Shown: one piece after another, positions 1 through 14,430 of the stretch
Position numbering within the stretch: position 1 is the stretch's first letter
How the letters are laid out: the number at the start of each line of letters is the position of its first letter
Assembly (NCBI RefSeq): GCF_009914755.1
Contig: NC_060928.1
Source of the DNA: the human T2T-CHM13v2.0 reference genome, Homo sapiens
Direction: 5' to 3' (one strand)
DNA length: 64,000 nt
The notes under the pieces: model-generated
Database searches by the model: none
The model's input: only the letters and a program-made list of their open reading frames with translations
What the model was told of the DNA's origin: nothing
Translations under genes and position numbers: made by a program

Positions 1-27
1 TTAGAAGAAACTTTGATATGGAAGACC

Positions 28-1095
28 TTTTTGTTGATACATAATATTTACATATTTATGAGCTATATTTGATACATTCTTACATATGGAGAGTGTGTAA
101 TGATCAAGTCAGGAATTTGGTGTATCCATCACCTTAAGTATTTATCATTTCTATGTGTTAGGAACATTTCAAGTTTTCTCTTCCAGCTACTTTGAAATAT
201 ACAATATATCATTGGTAATTATAGTCACCCTACTCTGCTACCTAACATTAGAACTTATGCCTTGTATCTAAATGTATATTTGTACTCATTGACCAACCTC
301 TCTTTATCCCCTCCTCCCACCCACACAACCTTTCCAGCTTCTGGTATGCATCATTCTACTGTCTCCCTTCATGAGATCAACTTTTTTAGCTCCCACATAT
401 GAATGAGGATATGTTATATGTGTCCTTCTGTGTCTGCCTTATTTGACTTAATATAATGACCTATAGGTTAATCTACGTTGTCACAAATCATGTGATTTCA
501 TTTTTTTGGCCAAATAATATAAATATACCACATTTCCTTTATCCATTTGTCCACTGAAACCTTGGTTGATTCTGTATCTTAGATATTATGAATAGTGTTG
601 TGTTAAATATGCCGGTGCAAGTATCCTTTTGATAGACCATTTTTTTCCCCTTTGGATAAATACCCAGGAGTGGGATTGCTGGATTGTGTAGGAGTTCTAT
701 TTTTAGATTTTTAAAGAAATCTTCATGCTGTTTTTCATAAAACGATTGTGCTAATTTACATTACCAACAGTGTATAAGAAGTCCTTTTTTTCTTCATCCT
801 TGCCACCATCTGTTATTTTTTTGTCTTTTTAATAACAGCTACTCTAACTAGAATAAGATATTATCTCATCATGGTTTGCTATGCATTTCCCTAATGACTA
901 GAGATGTTGAGCATTTTTTTATATACTTGTTGGTCACTTGCATTTCTTCTTTTGAAAAATTGCTATTTATGTCCTTTGCTCAGTTCTTAATATCATTTTA
1001 AAGTTTTGTTTTAGTGTTGAGTTGTTTAAGTTCCTTATATGTTTTGGATATTGGTCCTTTGTCCAATGAATAGTTTGCAAATATTTTCTTTCATT
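28..1095 (-). mobile_element. L1MA-type LINE-1 3' end (3' UTR plus ORF2 C-terminus), antisense
   Basis: Typical reverse-strand L1M motifs: 'tgtgtaatgatcaagtcagg', 'agctcccacatatgaatgagga', 'atacccaggagtgggattgctggat', 'atgttgagcattttttt'. Confidence 0.85.
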
Positions 1096-1649
1096 CAACA
1101 GAATGGATATGATAGATCTTTCTGTAGACCAAAGCACCTACTAGGAGGTCTTCTACAATGCAATCATTTAATTAATCTTGATGGCATTTGCTATTGGCAA
1201 AATTATTGCAAATCTTTAAAAACTGTTTATCTTTATATATTGAAATGTGTTGTGTGGTAATATTCGCTCAGAAGAATGCTAATAAGAAATGTCATTTGAA
1301 AAATTCTAAATTATTTAAAAAATTCCCCACCATTTTAATAGATGTCTCAGTGAGTGAACTTTGTTTAGTAGAAAATCTACAATGGCACTTCCCTGAAGAT
1401 TGAAATTCAACTCAGAATATGCTTTTGAAATTTAAAGTACTTTCATCTTAATGTTTTAAATTTCATGGACATTGACAACCCTATTTATATGTTTAGCTGA
1501 ATAAGGGTTCCTGGTAACAATGGGAAACAATTTGAAATGATTTTTATAGGTGTTGAGGTGTATCTGTCTGTGAACTTTGTCTACAGTTTATAAAAAAAGA
1601 AGTCAAGTTCAATTATCCATTTTTTTTAGATTTTGTCCTTGATGTGGGA

Positions 1650-1813
1650 ATATATATATATGTATAAGTATATATATATATATGTATAAGTATGTGTATG
1701 TATATATGTGTATGTGTGTGTATATATATACATTGTATATATATATACACACATTGTATATATATATACATTGTGTATATATATATATACATTGTGTATA
1801 TATATATACACAT

Positions 1814-1877
<64 letters not shown>

Positions 1878-1880
1878 ATG
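1650..1880. repeat. Compound (TA)n/(TG)n/(CA)n microsatellite with recurring CATTGT unit
   Basis: Directly visible; explains the YIYI/CVCV ORFs on both strands. Confidence 0.97.
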
Positions 1881-2294
1881 AACAAGGGAAAACAGGAGAA
1901 AAAGTTGTTTCAAAGCCATTATTTGAAATGTTTAAGTTTGGATCAGAGGCAAATGAAACTACGAAACAATGTTTAAGTCAATGATCTAAAGATAGCCAGC
2001 ATTCTGACAGCCATCGTGTTGGAATCATGTGTCCTATAAATAAAATACTTTTCATGAATATTGGATTACAGTATTTTATAAAACTTTCCATCATTCTCTA
2101 AAAGAAGTTACATGAGTAGGTGATACACAACCATCACTAGATATCAAGTAGAAAAGAAGGGCTCCAAGGAAAATCAGAAATTTGTCAATAGTCTATTTAT
2201 GTATTCATTATAGATCTAGTTTTTACAGATCTGTGACTTTAACTGAGAGCTTGACTGCTATTTTCTAAATATATTACACTTGCTTTTCATATAA

Positions 2295-2586
2295 TTTTTT
2301 TTTTTTTTGAGACGGAGTCTCGCTCTGTCCCCAGGATGGAGTGCAGTGGCAGGATCTCGGCTCACTACAAGCTCCACCTCCTGGGTTCACACCATTCTCC
2401 TGCCTCAGCCTCCTGAGTAGCTGGGACTACAGGCACCTGCCACCACGCTCGGCTAAGTTTTGTATTTTTAGTAGAGACGGGGTTACACCATGTTAGCCAG
2501 GATGGTCTTGATCTCCTGACCTCCTGATCCACCCACCTCGGCCTCCCAAAGTGCTGGGATTATAGGCGTGAGCCACCACGCCCAGC
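2295..2586 (-). mobile_element. AluY, full length
   Basis: Y-type positions 'caagctcc', 'ttcacaccattctcc', 'ttagccaggatggtc'; TSD tgcttttcatataattttt at 2281 and 2587. Confidence 0.95.
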
Positions 2587-3726
2587 TGCTTTTCATATAA
2601 TTTTTTAAAGGAAAAAGAAATATTGCATCTAGAGAGGAGAGATAGAAAAGGAGAAGCCTCCATGAGATTATGTCTTTATGTGTCTTGGTATCTCTTAAAT
2701 ACTAATGGAGATTTTAGTGCTGTGAAGGCATGGTATAATCATGAGAAGGATCATTGTCAGAAGTTTTTATTTATTGCTTCAATTTGTCCATTTAGGGTAC
2801 CAACAACGGAAGCTGGATAACATCCAGAAATAACCAGAGGCTGGAAAAACGTTAAAGGGTGAGTATCCTTATTAAGAATTAAAACTAGGGAACACAATAT
2901 CTATCCTCAAGTCCAGCTCAGGTAAAGTCAAAATCCAGGTATACATTGGAATGCAATAAGGAGTCACAGAAAGGGCTGGAGTAAATTATAGTAGTTTAAG
3001 ACACAATTTCAATTTCCCAGGCTCATGTCTGTTGATCAGCAAATGAATGGTGCCCGAGTGGTAGGACCTCATAAGCACAAGGTCATAGGTATTCAGTGTT
3101 ATCAAAATCGAAAGTACAGCTCTTTGAAGAGAATGCATAAAGTATGCCTTCCACAGTTAACAGCTTATATTTCTGCTCTCTGTCTACCAAGATGCACACA
3201 AAACTCTCTTACTCAGGATCAACGTTGTTTTGTTCCCCAGCACGTGAGTAAGTAGATCTGATTTACCATTTCACAATTTTACATGAAAGAACAAATACTG
3301 CCTAGTATTTTATAATCTTTCTGGTATTTTACTTTGCATTTCAATAAAAAAATCTTACAACAAGTAATACTTTGTTGAGAAAAGAGTTTGAATAAAAAAA
3401 ATAATTTGGAGGCAGAAAAACAGGGAGTTTTTTTAGAGTAGAAAGAGGACGAGCCATGGAAACAGAGTTGAATTTTTCTGGTTACTGTGTGAAATTGAGA
3501 AAGCCACATCAGGCTTAGGATTCACAGATTATATCTATTAGGATTAATAATACTTTTTGACTTTCCTTTTTTTTAAGTTCATTCAAGCAAGAGGTACATA
3601 GAATACAATCAGTAAATGTCAATTTATCTTACTCTCCAAAGTATTTTTGCTTTCTGAGCCCAAAATTAGCCTCCAGTAAGTCCAGGCTTTCAGGATAGCA
3701 CACAAAGGCTGGAACTCTCTGCACTG

Positions 3727-4033
3727 TTTTTTTGTTTTATTTTTTAAGAGACAGGGCCCCACTCTGTGATGCAGGCTGGAGTGCAGTGGTGAGATCGCAG
3801 CTCACTGTAGCCTCAAGCTTCTGGGCTCATGTGATCCTAACATTTCAGCCTCCCGAGTAGCTAGAATTACAGGCTGGTGCCACCATGCCCAAATAATTTA
3901 AAAATATATATATTTTTAGACACAAGATCTTGCTATATTGTCCAGGCTGGTCTCAAACTCCTGGCCTCAAGTGATCTCCCCATCTTGGCCTCCCAAAGTG
4001 CTGGGATTATAAGCATGAGGCATCATGTCCCGC
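3727..4033 (-). mobile_element. AluJ
   Basis: Diverged dimeric Alu with J-type 'cagctcactgtagcctcaa' and 'actcctggcctcaagtgatc'. Confidence 0.9.
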
Positions 4034-5082
4034 TGAATTTTGGGTAAGTAAATAAAAATAAGAATCAAAGTTCACTACCTGCTGTGTTCCGGCAATAATG
4101 TAGAATTAGGAATGTAAGAGGTCCCATATAACCCACAAAATTGCATTGTGAAAAAAGAGACCCAAATTTAACCTTAAAATTACTTTTGTTTATGTCATTT
4201 ATCATTTATTGTGTTTCACTGGTTGATTTTAATTTTGAAATAAAATGAAATTAAATTAGTGCAATTTAAATGTGATATTTTAACTTACCACTATAAAACC
4301 ATTAAATGCAAGTATTGTCCTCTGCCTATTTACTCAAAGAGGTGGAGAAAAAGACAGATGGGTATGTGAGGAAAAAACATTTTTAAGCAGTTATATGAAA
4401 CGTCATTGTAAGACTAACTTTTTATACTGGACCATGGAAAATTTGGTCATTTAGATAGAATTTAAGTTAAAAAGTGCACAGCACTCTACATAGTATCAAA
4501 GTATATGCTTATCTTTGCATTAATGATGATACCTATAATTTATCAAATGTTTATTTTATGCAGATACAGTACAAAGCATTTTATATTTTCACATAATCCT
4601 CTTCATACTTACATGTGCAGGGTATTTTAATATTTCTGGTAATCAAATGAGAAAATAAAGCTCAGAGCAGTTATATAACTAGTCAAATATCATCTATCCA
4701 TTAATACTGGCCTCTGAGTGACCTGGAGGCCATTACTTTAAAAAGATTTTATTTTTTTCTAGATTACTTTATAACATAAGATGGCATACATGATGATATA
4801 AGCCAGGGATCTCTGCACATATGACGGCTCTTTATTGTCATATTTTTATGATTTTTGGCCAAAGCCCTATGTCCATTATCCTCTTCACCACAAATTCCAG
4901 GCAAAAACGAATATTTACTATGTCCCCTGTCCAGGCCACAATTTTGGAAAGGCCTCCTTTCTTTCAAATATCACATGTTAAATTCTTATAAATAGTTTTC
5001 TAATCATCTCTTAGGATAAAACAGTCATAAAATTTTACCTGACATTTGGAGGTGGCTGGCACTCATCCAGGCGCACAGAGCT

Positions 5083-5828
<746 letters not shown>

Positions 5829-7185
5829 CAGAGCTATAAAATATATTGCTATGTTATCACATCTTAGCTCCCATCATGACTTGACACACTTCTCGCCACT
5901 CTTATGTTTCTCAAGTTAATTTGCTAGAAGAGCTTGTGCTGCATTAGTCACTTAAAAAATTTACTGCTCTGAGCACTTTGCACACAGTAGATTATGCAGT
6001 GATGACAGGTGGTGGTGTGTTAGTCATTAGTATTGTTTACCAATGGGTTCCCGTCCTCAGTTTTCAGGCATATGACAAGATAGCCAACGCATTCTTTGAA
6101 GTAAGGAGTAAGCCTCCAAATTGTTCTAAACAATAAATGTGGGGGACACAAGTCACTATTAGATGAAAGCTAGCCCAAAATCTGCCTTGTACACTTTCAT
6201 CTGTCAATGCACCAGGCTTATGGTGATTGTTTTAGAGAAGAAGAAAGTCAATAAAAAGATAACCACCGTAGCAAACCACAATGCTGCCTTTTCAAACATT
6301 AATGTGACTGGAATCAGATGTGACTCTATCCTTTTTGTAGTTTGACAAGACACCCCTTGTTGTCTTCTCTGAATGTGCTATGGAAAGTAGAAACACTTTA
6401 GGGCATGGGAGCTTGTCATTTTCAAGTTGGAAGCCAACTTATAAGACACTCTGCAGCCAAACATCTGGGGCATATTTTTACTGCCTTCTTATACATAATT
6501 TGATTTATTTATTGCCTTCAAATTCAATTTTTTCTTGGCTGATTTGCAATTTTTAAAATACTGTGTGCAGATAGGATTTGTTATGACAAAAAGAGGTGTT
6601 AAATATGCAATTGTTTTTAGTAGCTCACTTATTTCTTCATAGCTCAGTTTGATCTTGTCAGACACAATGAAGATAATTATAACAGCAACAATACAAATTA
6701 ATTACATGTGCTCTTGATTCTTGATGTTGTGCTACCCTACTATGCAGTGAGGTTTTGATTTTGTGCTTAAAAATCCGTAATAAATAATGTTCAATTCTCT
6801 TTACAGAAAGCTAAAGAAATAAAAGTAGGTTTTATTGTTCTTTAAGTGTTTAATTCTAAAGGAAATGTAAAGTAAGTATTAAACGAGTTGCAATAAAAAT
6901 TTCACAGACTTGGAGCATAAATGTAATCTGTTGTTAGCATATATGGTATTACAGCTTAGGACTTGTGAGACAGATTGGTACCTCCCATTAATCTTACTTC
7001 TCTAGCATTTTGAAATATGCCATCATATAAAAAGATTTTAATTCAAATTTTTAAAATGACTATAGCATATTTTTAAGTAAATTAATTACTAGGTTGTTCA
7101 CAAATATGCAGTCCCTGAAAAATCTAGTTTAAGAAAATGTACTCAATATAATAGGAATGGAATCTATATTCATAGTAGTTTAGAG

Positions 7186-7410
7186 GAGGGGTTAGCAAAC
7201 TGTGACCCTCAGGCCAGACTGGATGCTTGTTTTTATTTTTATATAAATAAAGTTTAATTGGAACAGCACCAAGTACATTAATCTAAATATTGTCTATATC
7301 TGCTTTCATGGTATAACGGTGGGGCTGCATAGTTATGGCAGAGAACATATAGTTCACAATGCCTAAAATATTTGTTCCTAGTCATTCACATAGAAAGTGT
7401 GTTGCCCTCA
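7186..7410 (+). mobile_element. MER58A (hAT-Charlie non-autonomous DNA transposon)
   Basis: 'aggggttagcaaact...aaataaagtttaattggaacagc...tattgtctatatctgctttc...gcctaaaatattt' follows the MER58A consensus. Confidence 0.8.
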
Positions 7411-7439
7411 CATTTAGAACATGGGCAGAGAGTAAAAAA

Positions 7440-7665
7440 AAAATGGTTCTGGCATTTTATAGATTTATAACCTTCGCCAAATTGTGTACCCTTTCTCTAG
7501 CTGCATTTTTAAACTTTGTATTATGAAGCACATAATAATCATGAAGAATATATAATCATCTTATATCATAGGCTCAGCTGATGTTTAAATGCAATGAGAT
7601 ATGTAAATTGCTTAGATTAGTGTCTAGAACAGAAAAAATGCTTAATAAATATAACATTATTAATG
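7440..7665 (+). mobile_element. MIR SINE fragment
   Basis: 'aatgagatatgtaaattgcttagattagtgtctagaacagaaaaaatgcttaataaat' resembles the MIR 3' end. Confidence 0.55.
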
Positions 7666-7762
7666 TTGTGATTGTTTCTCTTCTTTTGTTTATGAACTAT
7701 CCTCCTAAGACTTCCTGACATGTTGTGTTCTTACCACAATAAAATATTTTAGACATGCACAA

Positions 7763-7798
7763 CCACACACACGCACGCGCGCACACACACACACACGC
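7763..7798. repeat. (CA)n microsatellite with CG interruption
   Basis: cacacacacgcacgcgcgcacacacacacacacgc. Confidence 0.9.
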
Positions 7799-7927
7799 AA
7801 GACTAAGACTGCCTGAGGAGCATCCACATAGATGTAAATGATTAGACTGTTTATGTTACATAGTTTACATGATGAGATTATTAATGCAATTCTCACCTAA
7901 ACAAAAGTTAAAATGTTATTTTATGTA

Positions 7928-8252
7928 CTTCATGTCCTTTGTAGGGACATGGATGAAATTGGAAATCATCATTCTCAGTAAACTATCTCAAGAACAAAAA
8001 ACCAAACACTGCATGTTCTCACTCATAGGTGGGAATTGAACAATGAGATCACATGGACACAGGAAGGGAAATATCACACTCTGGGGACTGTGGTGGGGTG
8101 GGGGGAGGGGGGAGGGATAGCATTGGGAGATATACCTAATGCTAGATGACAAGTTAGTGGGTGCAGCACACCAGCATGGCACATGTATACGTATGTAACT
8201 AACCTGCACAATGTGCACATGTACCTTAAAACTTAAAGTAGAAATAAAAAAA
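7928..8252 (+). mobile_element. Young L1PA (L1PA2/3-like) 5'-truncated 3' end
   Basis: Near-consensus 3' UTR 'gagatcacatggacacaggaagg...ctctggggactgtggtggggt...gctagatgacaagttagtgggtgcagc'; lacks the L1HS-Ta ACA diagnostic. Confidence 0.93.
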
Positions 8253-10124
8253 GTGAATTTTTAAAGAATACATATTTGTATTTTCAAATTTTGACATATT
8301 CAAAAAAAAATTTTATGGGCATATTTGGAGTTGACATGCTTAGTACATGTAAAATGTATTTGGTATTTAGAGTGTGACTTTGAAGACATAAAGATAAATT
8401 GGATAATACCATTATTTTAGGATGGGGCAGACATTTTATAGGCTTAAAATCTAGTGTTTTGTCTTATTTTTACAAAAGTGTGTACTCATTAAATACTTGG
8501 TGTAATAATTAAATAAATGAGTGAATTTTGTAATGAATGTCAGATCTCCCCTTCCTTCCTACAAAAATAAGTTAACCGTAAACTGAATCTATATAATAAA
8601 TAACACAATAATAAGTCTCTAATGCTATTTTAAGCAGTTTTAATTCTGAAAACAGGGAGTTTTAGGTATTTTTTTGTCTCTTCTAAAGACAAGAATCAAC
8701 TTTACCCTGTGCATCATTTCCTGCACTGATGTCCTTCATCCCATCAGTAGGTTTGCTGCACTTCAGTGCTCTGGGTTTCCTGATTTCTTTTTATAGTGTC
8801 AGTGAGCAGCATAACACAGGTCACATTTGGGGTGGTGTTCTAAGGACTAAGTTCAGAAGGGAAACAAAGGCAGACCCAGGTAAACGCCACTGCAGGATGC
8901 TACATGGATAGTGCCTCATGCAATATTATGAGTATTTTCCACTTTTCTGATTTTTGAAACCCACAACTAAATCTAGACAGTTTCTAGATAATGCTTGTTG
9001 AAGTTTTTTCAAAACCTGGAATACCATCCTTTTGACCTTTCCATCTTGAGGTCCTTTGCATGCAAGTAATGTCTGTAGCACATAAAATTACCCAAATCAT
9101 TTTATTCTTCTTGGAAATACTTCCATTACTCCAGGTAAAAAATGTCTGAGTTCGCCTCATATCTATTAATGTTGTTGCTAAACTGTTTGCTAGGCTTCTC
9201 TGAAAATGTGGTAACCTAGAGTCTTGTTTATTATGGAATTTGTCTTTTTGTTAAGACTAGTAGTTAAACAACCTAGAATTACATTACAACGTGTGAAAAT
9301 ATAGAATATGAATTGCGAGTTTGTAATATCTTACAACGTGATTTCTTTCTGTACACTAAGCATATTTTCTTAAGTCTGCCTAAGAACTCAAGAGAACTTA
9401 CTATTCAGCTTACGTCTTCAACCATTATTAAACAGCATATGGGAAAGTGAAGAGTTCCCAGGGTCCCTTTCTTTAATTTAGTTAGTGCTCCATATTTATT
9501 TAAGTTTGTATAAATCAATAAGCACCTTACCTGATTATTAGCCCATCTGGATGCTGACTATTAGAGTTCTAAAGGAACTGTGTAAACAGCATTGCTTCAT
9601 ATTCATATTTGGCATTCATATTTAGCACCGGGCATTTTAAGCAATTTAAAAGCTGTCAGGGATCTGTGAACCACTGCTAAAAATTTATTGAATATTGAAG
9701 AACAGGAGAAGGTACAAGAACAAGAGCTAAATGGAGAAATGTGGTTTGTAGCCAAGGAAGAAACTTTTATATGATATTTGCCAAAGAAAATCAGGCAGAA
9801 TGTAGATTATTGAATAGATTTCTATGCAACTATAGTAACAGAGAAACTAAGAAGATACAAATTCTCAGAGAGGCTGAGAGAGCATTATCACCTGTTTACT
9901 CTTTTCTTACCTTCAACCCCTCTCCCTAAGATGGAAACTACTCTTTAAAAGACTTGAAAAGACAAGAAAAAAGAGCAAGGAAACTAGAATATTCCTGCCG
10001 TAGTCAAGGCAGAGACGATAATGAAATGACTGACAATTAAACATGTACTTCACACATGCTTACACATACAAAAACTTATTTATATACGTTTGCATAGATA
10101 CTTGACAATTCACATAAACCTATG

Positions 10125-10240
10125 TTAGACCATACGACTGGAAGGTCTTGATAATGAAAGAGAAGGCTATTAATGACTAAGTTAGAACACCGGGCATAAA
10201 CTGGGATTGGCCCTAAGCACCTAAAATAAATAATCCCCTA
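10125..10240 (-). mobile_element. MER94-like hAT-Blackjack fragment
   Basis: 'gaacaccgggcataaactgggattggccctaagca' resembles reverse-strand MER94. Confidence 0.45.
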
Positions 10241-11099
10241 AATAAATAATGAGTAAGCTACTAATAGCGCTAATATAATCAACTAAATCGTTCAGTTTTT
10301 ATATACCCAAATTACCTGTCAGCCCTGCATATTTAGAGGTAAGTCATCAAATCATTTATTTTATAAATCAAATTTTATTTCAAATCAAGTGTAACTATTT
10401 AGAACCATATCTCAGCGTTAACTTGGAATCTACAGACAGTCCTCTCTCTGCCCTCTAAGTGTTCTTGTCCTTTCGTTTGCCTCTGCTCCCGTGTAGTTTA
10501 ATCTGTGCTGTGGGAAAGACATGTTCTGATTTGCAATGACTTTAATAACCTATCTGTAGGCAAATTTAAAAAAGGAAATACCTGCAGACACCTGCCAGGA
10601 GGTGCATTTACGTTGAGACACCACGGCATTCATTTGACATTACTGTTTAACCGGTTATATTTCCAGTGGATGGCCTCAGATTTTTTTCTTCACATTTATT
10701 AGTCTATACTTTTCTAAACTAAATGACATTTCTTTGTTTTTGAAATGGAATGCCTGACCTCTTATGTCCACACTTATTTTTGTTTTCAATTTATTTTCTT
10801 TTTACACAAATATGCTGTGGATAATTTTATACTATCACTCTCTTCTGCTGTTCCTTCTACTTAAGTAAAATATTTTTTTCAGAAAACAATAGACAATAGC
10901 CACAACTAAATATTTTCTCTCATATATCATTTTATTTTTAGTTTTGATTCAAGTATCATGTCCTAAACTCTGATTAGCCTAAATCAAAAAATACTTTTAA
11001 ATCAAAAATGAATTTAAATTGAATATGTAATTGTTTTAATTTAGACAGTGATTCTATAAAACATTACTACCTACTTCTGCTTTAAGTATATATGTGGTT

Positions 11100-11351
11100 A
11101 ACTTACAAGTGGTAGCTAAATAGTGAGAACACACGGGCACACAGAGGGGAACACCACAGGGGAGCACACAGAGGGGAACTTAGCCTTTCAGAGAGTGAAG
11201 GGTGGGAGAAGAGAGAGGATCAGGAAAAATAACTAATGGGTACTAGGCATAATATCCAGGTGATAAAATAATCTGTTCAACAACCCCCCATGACACAAGT
11301 TTACCTATGTACCAAACCTGCACTTGTACCCCTGAACTTAAAGTTAAAAAA
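11100..11351 (+). mobile_element. Older L1PA (L1PA13-16-like) 3' UTR fragment
   Basis: 'gagaggatcaggaaaaataactaatgggtactaggc...cccccatgacacaagtttacctatgt...aaacctgcacttgtacccctgaactta'. Confidence 0.88.
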
Positions 11352-11738
<387 letters not shown>

Positions 11739-13284
11739 TCAATTATAAACATCGTCCATTTAGTTAAGCTTCTGATATCTAAAGTGTAAACAAAAGAGTA
11801 TTATTTGGAAACAAACGAGATTAGACTGACATCACCTTAATATGTCATAGTATTTGATATTACCTTGTGATTCTCTTTTCCTGAAATGATACACACTACT
11901 TTCTCAACTTCATTAATGTCTCCTATCCTCACAACTCAACCTAGATGGCATTTATTATAAAAAGTTTCCTCAAACTTGTTTTGTACCTTTACTCTACTTG
12001 GAGAAAGTATCTTCTTTATTCATTTATTACTTATTTTTAAACCCTGTATGACATATTTCTTTTGGGGTAAGAAAATTCAGACATTAGGGCAATGACCCTA
12101 AACTTTAACACCAGTATATAAAACGAAAATTTCTCTATGGTACTTATTCTTCTATCTCTTCATAGTATCCTTTGATCCCAGTAAAGTGATCTGCCTTAAG
12201 TTCTGTCTCTGTGATTTTGCTTTTAACCCTTTGATGCACATATTTATCCAGACAGTATAAACTTTTATATCAAAAACTATTGAATTTTTCTGAACTCAGA
12301 GATTAAATAAAATGGCAATACATATCTTCCAGTACATCTTCTATAATCCCTACCTATGTATATGTATTTTAGTATATTAAAATTCTATCATTATTATTTA
12401 GTACCATGTGCAATATAGTAGTTTATTATCTCATAATAGACAAACATTATTTTCTCTACAATTATTAATAATTTAACCTACCAGTGACAGAATTGTTACT
12501 CATATTTAGACATTTTTAAATATGCCTCTGTCTCCCTTTGTGTCCCATTTAATCCCTTTAGAACATGCTACATGACATTAGGATGACCCAAATTCCACTA
12601 TAACAAACTTTAAGAACCAGTGAAAACCTTGTCTGGGAATTAAATAATCTGACCAATGAGTGAAATTTGGTAATGTTTACCTTACAGGATTGTCTCATGG
12701 CAATAATGGAATGGTATGTTAAAGTAATAATGGTATTATGAAAACTTGGGAGAGCCTAGGTTAGCAAAAGCAACCCACTTTGTAAAGCACTTAGGCAGGT
12801 AGGATAATTACTTAATCCAAGTACCAAAAAGGGCTTTGAAAGGAATAATTTATGGTGTGGCACCTGATGATCAGGCTGGATGTATTTAACTCAAATAGTC
12901 AAGTATTTTAATCCTAAACCATTTCTGCCCAGCCAAATAGAGGAATGTGACTGAGATTGGTTTAGCTAATTGAAGCCCATATTGGCCATATTACCTGCAC
13001 ATGAACATGTAGACTTTAGTCAGTTTATGTTTTAAAGAAATAAATATGCGAAGCATCAGTTTCAATACATCTAAACATCAAAGTACTAACCTAGACTCAG
13101 AGAATGCTACTCATTCTACACTTTACAAACTCTAAGGTGCTAGAAACTCTGTTATGTACAGCATCTCGTGCAAAAACAGTGCAAGTTTATGTCCCCCTGA
13201 GTACAAAATCATTTAAACTTTATGTTCATTAAACATTTTAATAGAGATATAATAAAAAACATAAAAGTAATTAGGGAGGATCTA

Positions 13285-13500
13285 AGGTTACATATTATTA
13301 CATATCAGACACTATCCTAAGCCTTATATATGTATTAACTCATTTAATTCTTACAACAACCTTAATAGATGGGTATTATTGTTATTATTTCTATATAAAG
13401 ATACAGAAAACTAAAGCATAGAGGGGTCAGGTAATTTGCCAAGGACATCACTGGCAGAAGCAGGATTTGCACCACAGGTAATACAATGGCAGAGAACGTG
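13285..13500 (-). mobile_element. MIR SINE
   Basis: 'tgtattaactcatttaattcttacaacaacct...acagaaaactaaagcatagaggggtcaggtaatttgccaagg' MIR core, antisense. Confidence 0.8.
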
Positions 13501-14147
13501 CCTTTAAGCGACAGTGTATAATGTCCCTGATTCCATTTCCGTGCTTTGATTTCCTCCAACTCCAGATTTACATATATCCTGAGAACTGCATCTGGAAGAT
13601 AAAATGATTTGTTCTCGATAAGGCAGAGAAAAGATATACTACAGGAATGGCAGCAGTGTTTCACCAATTTCTATCCACAGAATGAAGATTAGTCCATATC
13701 ATGTCCTCTCTCCGCTACCACTGATTTCTACATTTATATCTGGGTGTCATCATCAGACCTAAGAAATCTGGAGCTTCCTTAAAACTTGGTACATCTTCCT
13801 ATGAAGTCAAAATTTCACAACCCTCATACTTTAAAGGAAATAAATAGCAACTTGCTATCTAAAAATCGCTTTCAAAATCAAAGAGAAATCCAAGAAATCT
13901 AGAATCCTAGTATGTTTGATATTGTTAGAGATGAAAGAAGCTTTTGAGTAACAGTGTATAAAGGTTAGTGTTTCATGATTTGTTGCTTTGCCTTAAGATT
14001 CCTGGACTGGAAGGAAAAGGTAATGTATGTAAGTGAAATATATGTATGTGTTTTCTACTATATAGTAGGTATGTTCAGGGTTAATGATACACGTAAATAA
14101 AAAAGGCACTAAAGATATTTAAATTATAAACAAATTAGAAATTGTCA

Positions 14148-14430
14148 CTTTTTTTTTTTTTTTTTTGAGTCAGAGTCATTGTCTCACTCTGTCATCCAGG
14201 CTGTAGTGCAGTGGCGCGATCTCAGCTTACTGCAACCTCCGCCTCCCAGGTTCGAGCCTCCAGAGTAGCTGGGATTACAGGAACCCGACACCAAGCCCAG
14301 TTAATTTTTGTGTTTTTAGTAGAGACAGGGTTTCACCATGTTGGCCAGGCTGGTCTTCAACTTCTGACCTCAGGTGATCCACTCGCCTCGGCCTCCCACA
14401 GTGCTGGGATTACAGGCTTGAGCCATCACT
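14148..14430 (-). mobile_element. AluS with small internal deletion
   Basis: 'ctgacctcaggtgatcc' (Sx/Sq type); ~17 nt missing at 'ggttcgag|cctcc'; TSD tgtcacttt. Confidence 0.92.

Noticed and set aside
1609-1984. Five overlapping 89-100 aa ORFs on both strands
   Set aside because: They are translations of a TA/TG/CA microsatellite (YI/CV/TH repeats), not coding
8083-8116. G-quadruplex-like G tract
   Set aside because: Ordinary part of the L1PA 3' UTR consensus
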